In this document: piece after piece, positions 54,143 to 64,000 of the stretch
Layout: each line of letters opens with the position of its first letter
Position numbering within the stretch: the first letter of the stretch is position 1
Source of the DNA: the human T2T-CHM13v2.0 reference genome, Homo sapiens
Direction: 5' to 3' (one strand)
DNA: 64,000 nucleotides
NCBI RefSeq assembly: GCF_009914755.1
Contig: NC_060929.1
Position numbers and translations under genes: made by a program
Notes under the pieces: model-generated
The model's database searches: none
Told to the model about the DNA's origin: nothing
What the model saw: the letters and a program-made list of their open reading frames with translations, nothing else

Positions 54143-54370
54143 GGAAAAGTCAGCAAACATGGCTGATGGACCAAATCCGGTCAGCCTCCTGTTTTTGTAA
54201 ATAAAGTTTCATTGGCACATAGCCAAACCCATTTGTATACTTATGACCTATGGCTGTTTTCATACTTCAGAAGCAGAGTTGAGTAGTTGTGACAGAGACC
54301 GTATACATAGTCTGCAAAGCCCAGATTATTTACTAGCTGGCTCTCTACTGAAAAAAATATGCTGACCTCG
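54143..54370 (+). mobile_element. MER58A
   Basis: gtcagcaaac..cctgtttttgtaaataaagttt..gcagagttgagtagttgtgacagagaccgta. Confidence 0.88.
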
Positions 54371-54633
54371 GAACAGTTAGTGTGGACTGTGGGCTGAGAG
54401 TAGATTGCACCCGCTATTCTCCCCTTACCCTGCAGTCAGGAGATCCTTTGCAAATTTTCTGGAGCCCTTAAGTCCTCCAGGATAGTCAAGTGATCCGAGG
54501 CCAATGAACGATGACTGATATCACATATCTCTTCATCTTCCCAATTCTTGCCAGCTTAGTTCCAGACTGAAGTATGAGATGATATTTTATATTTATATTA
54601 TGAGCACTGTAACACAAATTTATACCTCCTAGG

Positions 54634-55092
54634 TGCGTCATTGGTTTCCTATTGTTGCTGTAACAAATTGCCACAAACTAAGTGACTTAAAGCAACACAA
54701 ACTGATTATCTTACATTTTGCAGGTTAGAAGTCCAAAATCATTCTGTGTGAACTAAAAATCAAAGGGTCATCTGGGCTCGGCTCCTTTGGAGGCTCTGAG
54801 GCGGATTCAGATTCTTACCTTTTAGAAGCCTCCTCTAGTCCTCAGCTTGCGGCCCCGTCCTCCATCTCCAAAGCATCTTCTCTCCTCTCTGACCTCTGCT
54901 TCTATTGTCACATCCTCTTTGACTCTGATCCCCATGCTTCTCTCTTATCAGGGCCCTTGTGATTGCATTCAACCCACCTGGATAATCTCTCTGTCTTAGA
55001 TCTTTAATGTAATCATACCTGCAAAGCCCCTTTTGTCATGTAAAGTCACATTCCCAGGTGCTAGGGATTAGAACGTGGAAGTCTTTGAGGGG
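54634..55092 (-). mobile_element. MLT1C/D solo LTR
   Basis: tttcctattgttgctgtaacaaattgccacaaact..gggattagaacgtgg..attcagcc. Confidence 0.88.
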
Positions 55093-55636
55093 CGTCATTC
55101 AGCCAGTCACACATAGAGAACTTTGAGGCTTTGATACCAACTTCAACTCTATAAAGAACTGCTGAGAAGCCATGGCTATCTAGGGGGAATGGGACTATTC
55201 TGGTCCTGTCTAGAGTCTCTACTTTCTATTCATTCTCAACTCTCATTCAGGAAAGGGATGGGTGGGGAACAGCACAGACAGTCACTGGTTCATAGCTCTT
55301 ATCAGCACTGCCTGCCAAGCGAGATTGGCCAGGGACCCAGCCTTGGCAACGGAGTGGGCACTTGGACAACCTTATTTAGTAACCTTGGAGGACCCCTCTT
55401 GTCCTCTACCGCCCTGACTCATATTTCCACTCCCTGGGAGGGGCTTCCTTGTCTACATCATGTTCCTCCATGGCCATACCTTAGGTGGACATTGGGGAGA
55501 ATGCCTTTCTAGGGGAAGCAGGTGTAGGTTTTGCAGTGCAGTACTTGTTGCAGGTTTAGGGATCAGGACACTGCTGTGAGGGGTCAAATACTCAAAGGCT
55601 ATTTGTGACCAGACTCCAACTAGTGTTACAGTTTTC

Positions 55637-55638
<2 letters not shown>

Positions 55639-55678
<40 letters not shown>
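55639..55678. repeat. A40 mononucleotide run
   Basis: Direct reading. Confidence 0.97.
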
Positions 55679-55679
<1 letters not shown>

Positions 55680-55689
55680 GCTTCTAATT

Positions 55690-56370
<681 letters not shown>

Positions 56371-58447
56371 AGATTCTAAGCAATGGGAGCTCCGTAAGGT
56401 GTGTGTGTTGGGGGAGACATCAGAGAATTGTTAGCAGCCGACACTCACAGCAGCTGGGGGCACTGGCCCAGGAAAGGGCTTCTGGGCAGCCACCAAAACA
56501 GCATCTACCCCAGCGGGCAAGTCCCCAGTCACAAAAAGACAGTGCAGATTCTGGAGAATCAAACAGAATAAGAGCTTTCAACTGCTCTATGCTATGAAAC
56601 ACAAAAATTGGGACACCACCAGAAACTTTTGAAGTTGGAGCTTGAAGTCTCTTTGCAGGCAGAATATGTTTTGCCTTAAAAATAGCACCCAATGATAACC
56701 CTTATCAACATCCATTCTGCAGATAACAGGCCTCCCTCAGGGACCATATAGGTGCCATTCTCCCCTAAAGTCAACTGCAGCCTCAAAGAGCCATTGAATT
56801 CATAAGGCAGCATGGAGATATAGGTCATGTTTTCTTCCCTCCAAACCTAGAAGCTTGTAAGGGTACATGCTCTCTAGACACAAAATACCATATTTCCTTT
56901 GCATCTTAATCCACTCAACCCTGGTTGCAGTCACCTTCTTATTATTCACTCCATACCAGATAGATGAATTTTCACGATTTTCCAGTTTCCGTTCTGGTTC
57001 TCCTGTTCCTGGTAGGACAACAGGGAATACTATCTTTCTCTTTCTTCAAAGATTCTGTCCTGTGAGAATGTTCCTCTCCAGTGATCTAGTATAAACTGCA
57101 CCATCCAGCTCTACTCATGATTTCGCTGACCACAGATTCTTTGTGACATAGTTTCTTATTTCTCATTTCTCCTGTGATGTTATACCCTTTGTCAAGCACA
57201 GAAGAAATAATGGAAACTACATTCACCTTTATTTTCTATGCTTGATAGAACTAGTGGTGTATAGCAGTTGGCATCAAAAGATGAAGGTACAATAAGACAT
57301 TTGATTAGTAATCAAAGAGGTGAATGAAATAAGATGGAATGCCAAGTTACACAGTGGTATAACCCAATGGTGAGTCGGATATGTTTTTTTAAAAGCCTAC
57401 ACATTTTCTTCTGCATAGGACATCAGACAATGAAATACAAACATGTAGAGTTTTTTTGTTACAAACAAAGCTAGAAAAGTTTAGGGTATTTTCTTAGTAA
57501 AGAGTCTTCGTATGGTTAGGAAGAGGTCTTCAGGCAAATGTACCATTTCTCTATAGGAGAAATAGCTCTTTCTTCTAACAACTGCTGAATTTAGTTTTCA
57601 GATATTAAATGTGTATAAACCGAATGGACATCCATCAAAAGGATTGAATTGGTGCAAAAATGAGTGACTTTTGGGCCTCTCTTTATGGTTGCTTTGAGAA
57701 CTGCTGCATCTAAAAGTGGACTACAATGGAAGGTGTAGATCCAGCAGAGGAACACACTGGGGAATAAGAGGGGCAATTTTAAGCATGTAGGTGATCTCAA
57801 GTAGGCTGATCTCAAGTAGGCAGACCACAAAGGATCTGAAGCCACCAACAATGTTGAGCAAAGATGTCCAGAGACACTTACGCGGGTCCTGCATTGATGG
57901 TCATCCTTGCAGGTCTATGGGTGGGGTAGGGCTATGGGAGGCTCCCAGTTCAATAAAATGAGGCAAGTATAGAGAAGAGGGTCTCTGTTATTCACAGGAC
58001 CATTATTGAAATCAGTTCCAGGTATGTTTGAGTAATAATAGTTCAACAAGAGATGGATTCCATGGGAAAGAAACTTGCGAAAGACTAAGAAGGGAAGCAA
58101 GTCTATCAATACGCAATCAGGACTGTATCCCACAAACGAATGCTGTAGTTCCTCTCTTCAGTCAGGACTTACTGAGGATTTGCTACATGCATTCACGAGG
58201 TCAGCACTTGGCATCAGTTGAGCAGTATCCCTTCAGCAGTATCCCTGAAGCTAACGTTTCAGTGGGAGAGCAGGTGGTGACCCTTCTGTAAAGCAGGTGA
58301 GGGGCTGAAGAATGGAGAGGAAGGGGGTGGAGTTTTCTACAGCGTGTTCATGGAAGGCTTCCCTGAGTGATACAGTGAAAGGAAATGAGTCACGCAGAGA
58401 TCTTGGGGTGAGATGGGAGGAAGAGGGAATATTCCAGGCAAAGAGAC

Positions 58448-58990
58448 AGTGACAGTTAATTTTAGGTGTCCACTTAACTGAATTAAGGAATGCCTAAAAA
58501 CTGGGGAAGATTGCTTTCGGGTGCATATGTAGGGATATTTCCAGAGGAGACTGGCATGTGAGTTGGTGGACTGAGTGGGGAAGGGCCACCCTCAATGCAT
58601 GTGGGCACCATCCAATCAGCTGGAGGCCCAATAGAAGAAAAAGGCAGAGGAAAGGTGAATTCACTGTCTCTCCTGGAGCTGGGGCACCCTTCTTCTCCTG
58701 CCCTTGCACATCAGAATTATAGGCTCTCTGGCCCTCCTTGGATTCTCAGGCCTTTGGCTTCAGACCCAGAGATACACTACTGACTTCCGTGGTCCTCAGG
58801 CCTTTGGACCTGGACTGAGCTTGGTTTCTCTAGTTCTTCAGCTTGCATATGGCTTATTTTGAGACTTCTCAAATTCCATAATCTCATGAGGCACTTCCTT
58901 TAATAAATCCCATCTGTCTGTCTATCTATCTAGCTAAATCTTCACCTATGTTTATTGTATTGATTCTTTCTGGAGGACTCTGACTAATAC
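58448..58990 (+). mobile_element. MLT2 (B-like) ERVL solo LTR inside an L2 fragment
   Basis: gttaattttaggtgtccactt..gggcaccatccaatcagctg..ctgactaataca. Confidence 0.88.
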
Positions 58991-59832
58991 AAAGACTAAG
59001 TGCAAAGATCCTGATGTCACAATCAGAGTTGCAAGTTCCAGCAACAAGAACATTGGTGAATCTGGGACGGGTATTGAAGGAGATGATATCAAAGAGACAG
59101 ACAGTGGCTGGACATGTGCAGCTCTGTATGGGACTCCCACCCTTCATGGGATGGAATTCCACCCTTCATTGTAGGTTTTGTTTAGGGAAGTAATGCCATT
59201 TGATTTCTCTATTAAGAAGGTGGCTAGGTGGCCACAGCTGCTCATAAAATCCATTCTGAGATCATCAAGTGTAAAACCCAGTGCATTTCATGAAGCGTTT
59301 TACTTGATGCTCACGGCAACCCCATAGGAGCTCACTTATTATATTTTTGCCTGGAGTCACACAGACAGTGACCGAATTTGGAGTCAAACCAAGACTTGTA
59401 GAATAGCCACAGTACTGCATTGCATCACAAGGGAGTGTGGGTGAACGGGCGAGAGTAACTCAGCACAGAGAAAATTAGAAAGAAGTGAGGTCCAAGGGTT
59501 GGCCTCAGCTGCCATCACCAGAGAGCACTGCAGTGGGGATTGGGACCTGAAATCCAGGAATGGGCTCTAGTTCCATTAGCTCATACTAGTTTGTTGGCTG
59601 AGGCAAGCCATTTAAATCAATCTGGACCTGCTGCTTCACAAATAAGGTTGCTGAACTCCAAGACCCCAAGTTACATTTTGCTCTCGGTGATCCATATACT
59701 GTATAAATGAAGTATTACACTATCAAAATATTTTATATTGAATTTTATTATGGTTTATTAGGTTTTATAGAATTAAAAATTATAGGAGTAGAAAGGTCTC
59801 AATCAGCTCATTTTATTTATTTCTTAGCCTTA

Positions 59833-60357
<525 letters not shown>

Positions 60358-60899
60358 TTACCCTCCGGAGACAATCACTGTCTAAATAGGTTGGCTCTAT
60401 CTCTTGTGGACACGGACCAAGTTTACTAACTTCTCAGCATCTTCAAACACTCTTGGGTATGTCTGGGGAATTTCTAGCCTTGTGAGTCCCACCTTCCCAA
60501 AGCAGACCCCAAAGGACTCAGAGTTGCAACTTTGACAGCTGGGTCGCAGGAGTTTTCAGGCTCCACCAAGCTGATCCTCACACCCTAGACCCTCCCTTGA
60601 GAAGGATCAGCCTGAGGAAGGAGGCTCCACCGGGATCTACCTTTGGTGGAGGCATCTGACTCCTGGAGGTGACAGCCTGCTGTTCTAGCCACTGGAGCAG
60701 GTGCACCATGGGACGTAGGGTAGCAGCAGCTGTGTCCAAGCTTGACATCAGGGCAAACTGTAGCATCCCAGGCTTAGTGACAGGGGGTAGGGGGACTCTC
60801 ACTGTCAGGCCAATTCCTGGAAGCAGAGAGCCTATTTCTCTAGGCCTCTTAAGGATGTCGTGGACACCCCAGTCTACTCTTTTTCACTGAATCCACCAT

Positions 60900-61720
60900 A
60901 ATGAACTATTTTTCACTTGTAACTAATAAAACGGTGTGATCCTGACTGCCCAATACTTGTTGAAACATGTCTCCAGAGCCTATACACATTTAAGCAACAT
61001 GTATTTTTATACTTAACAATGGAACTCAGCTGTACACACTGGAAAGCTTAGACCCATTCTTTCTTTTTGACTGCCCCATGGTATTTGATGGTATTGTATT
61101 GGTGAAGCATACTTTGCTTAACAAGCCCCCTATTGCTTTACATTTAAGAGATTTTTCTTATTTTTACTGTTCTATACAATGTAGCCTGACACACATTTGT
61201 CGTTTTCAATTCACTCTGTGGCTTTCGTACAGATTACTAAACAGTAAGATTGCTGAAAGATTATATATGCACAGTAAAATTTTTAACATATAAAAACAAA
61301 TTTTATTTTCAAAGGTTATTCCAATTTATACCTGCATTAAATATTTATGAAGACACCAATTTTTCCCCACCCTTGCTAATACTTGATGTTATTAGTCCTT
61401 TGAAATGTTGCCATTTTGAAAGGCAAAACTCCACCTCATTTTAATTTATATTTTTAAATTTATTAGTGATTTTTAGCATATTTTTACATATTTACTGGCC
61501 ATTTGTATTTTTCTTCTGTTTTACCTATTTATATTTGCCCATTTTCTATTTTTTTACTGAAGAGATCACATTATATGTTGTACATAATAATATAGCACAT
61601 ATTGCATGTAATTTGTGTATATTCTGTTGCAAATACTTTCCCTAAGTCTCTCATTTATCCTTTAATTTTATTAGGGTATTTTCTACTACACAAAGTTCTA
61701 TTTAGCACTTGCTGGAGTGA
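60900..61720 (-). mobile_element. Ancient L1ME 3' region
   Basis: ccaatttatacctg..ttactggccatttgtatttttcttctg. Confidence 0.7.
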
Positions 61721-61779
61721 TTCAACTTTAGAGGATTTAACAATATAATTAAGTAAATTAATAAATAATTTGAGTAAAA

Positions 61780-63010
61780 AAAAATCACATCAAATCCAAA
61801 GGAAAAAAGAATTATTGAATTGAGACAAAATTGTTCATTAAAAACTTTAAGTAAAGTAAAACGTTTGATTAAATACTTTAGGTAAAACTTTAAAAAAACT
61901 TCTTAAGATGAGTTTCGAATGCTATCAGAAGTCATTATGAAAACATTACTCTAAACTGGAAAATCCTCAATGCATTCTGACTGAAGTTGGAAGCAGGACG
62001 AAGTGTAGGGTATCTCCTCACTATAACTCAATTGTGTTCAGGAGGTTTTAGCTAATGCAATCAGATAGAATTAAGTGACTGATATAAACTGAAAGAGAGA
62101 TAAAAGCAGTATCACTCTTTGCAGATAATAAGATTTTACTCCTAGAAAATGCAGGGGGTAAAACTAAAAGAAAACCTTTTAGAACTAATTTTCCTTTCAA
62201 AAATTTCACAGGAAGGTGTCACTGTGTAAGTAGTGACTTTGAAACCCTCAACAGCTTTCCTCTATGCTAGTAGTAACTATTTAGAAATTAAAATGGTAAA
62301 AGTTTCTATTCATGACAGCTACTAAAAGTACAAATGGCCAAAAATAAATTTATCAAGGAAAATACAAGAGTAGAATGTATATTTCAATATTAATATTTTA
62401 CTGAAGACATAAAATAAGATTCCAGTAAATGGAGACATGTCATATTCCTGTATGGGAAGACTCAACATCACAAAAGCTTCTCAAATCAATGTATAAATTT
62501 AATGCAATTCCAATCAGAATTCTAATGGATTGTTTATATATTCTGGTCCTGCTTTTGAAACTGAATAAGTTGATTATAAATTTCATAGGGATGAATTACC
62601 TTGATAATTTCTGAGAATGTTTTGGGAAATTATTTTTCAGATATTTAAGTGTATGTTAGAGCTACTCTAGTCAAAACTATATATTACTAGTATAGGAACA
62701 GACAAGTTGATGACCAAAACAGAACATAGAGTCCATTAACCAATCCCAAAATACGTGTTTTATTATGGTAAATGATACTTGAACAAATAGCTAATAGTTT
62801 ACAAGAAAAAATATGCATTTATGCTAAATTAAAAAATAATTTTTGGCTAGATTAAAGATCTAGTGAAAAGATAAAATCCATTTAATGTTATAGTAAAATA
62901 TAGGAGTTATGTTTTTGTTGTTCAGCCAAGTGGGGAAGGTAATTCTCACTAAATCTGATAACCTGGAAGACATGCAAAAAAACAAAAGAAAAAAAACTCA
63001 CCAGATCTCT
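61780..63010 (+). mobile_element. Ancient L1M ORF2 relic
   Basis: ctctttgcagataat (LFAD-like); ORF ..YKFNAIPIRI.. Confidence 0.8.
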
Positions 63011-63174
63011 TTGATTATATATTAACCCCACCATATGATAGGTTAGGATATAAGACCTATAAGTGGGAATAAGTAACTCATGCAAGATCACTGGACTTGG
63101 CAGAGAGACAGAATAAAGGGCTAATCAGATGGTCAGAGTGTTTAAGTGGTATGAGCTACACACTTTTCTCTTTC

Positions 63175-63350
63175 CCAGTCGTTCATAAACTTTAATGAAC
63201 ATTAAAAACCACCTGGAGTGCTCATTAAAATTTACCTGACTCCCACTCCCAGTTTCTAATTTAATAGATCAGATTAGGGACTGAAAATTTGCATTTTTAA
63301 TAAGTTCATAGGTAATGTCCATGCTGCAGAGTGTAGCATCACTTGGAGTA
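63175..63350 (-). mobile_element. MER5A-like
   Basis: cacctggagtgctcattaaaa..aatttgcatttttaataagttc. Confidence 0.7.
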
Positions 63351-63395
63351 ATAATTTGCTATGCAACTTCCTTCAACAAAAAATCATGCTGCATA

Positions 63396-63397
63396 CA

Positions 63398-63451
<54 letters not shown>
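63396..63451. repeat. (CA)n microsatellite
   Basis: Direct reading. Confidence 0.97.
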
Positions 63452-63453
<2 letters not shown>

Positions 63454-63669
63454 AGCTTGGATGTCATCAAAGAGCATACATTTTATGCCGAGTTATTTTA
63501 GGGGTACATCCATGTTATGGGCTAGGGAAAACTTAGTCTGAGGGGTGAACAGGTAGAAGGGTCAATGTCAAATTCCATCAGGGAGAGAAGTATCAGGTCA
63601 GGTTGAGATTACATAAAAACAACATAATTAAGACATTTCATTTATCAAAAGAAAGTTATAGGATATTAG

Positions 63670-64000
63670 TGAAAATGGCAGTGCAATGACGTTCAAAAAT
63701 CTCTTCTCCATAAAAGTGATGAGAAAACTGGTAAAAGTTGTTGGAAACAAATTTTTCTGAACTCTGGAAATTAACCAAGGCTTGGAATAACCTGGAGAGG
63801 GTTCATTCAAGAAAAAATGGCTGAATTTCAGGAAGGCCAGTGAGCTTAGGGCATTTTAATAGTCTCATTCCCTGCTCTCCAGGTGCACAGTAATCTTGTA
63901 AAATAAAACTCTGCATTCCTATTGCAGCCTGGCAGAACCCCCAGAGGTAACAGAATGAAGCTGGAGATCTTACAAAGCTCCACTTCCAAATAATTGCCCT
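63670..64000 (+). mobile_element. Old L1M 5' UTR (L1MC/L1M4-type), continues beyond the window
   Basis: ctccataaaagtgatgagaaaactgg..aactctggaaattaaccaaggcttg..cattcaagaaaaaatggctgaat. Confidence 0.7.

Overview
Primate (almost certainly human) non-coding genomic DNA with no supportable host protein-coding gene. The first ~0.85 kb is a CpG island/first exon. It is followed by a spliced lncRNA (inferred exons <1-295, 2415-2551, 2755-~4062) whose short second intron holds a 70-nt box C/D snoRNA at 2601-2670. I recognise this from memory as SNORD123 in its host SNHG18 (5p15.31, divergent from SEMA5A). The most interesting signal is the snoRNA's D-box guide. It is complementary to a conserved 28S rRNA segment just 3' of the GTPase-associated centre (..GAAAAUGGAUGGCG..) and predicts 2'-O-methylation of the U in AAAU. 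If the host is signal- or tissue-regulated, that rRNA site would be too. The remaining ~59 kb is repeat-rich intergenic DNA: Alus, young and old L1, L2/MIR, a MaLR provirus and solo LTRs, DNA transposon relics and microsatellites. It also contains a ~360-bp local duplication with patchy identity at 51.2/52.2 kb. Repeat subfamily names and the boundaries of old elements are recalled or approximate and need RepeatMasker confirmation. The long ORFs in the track come from L1, MaLR or Alu sequence, or are chance.
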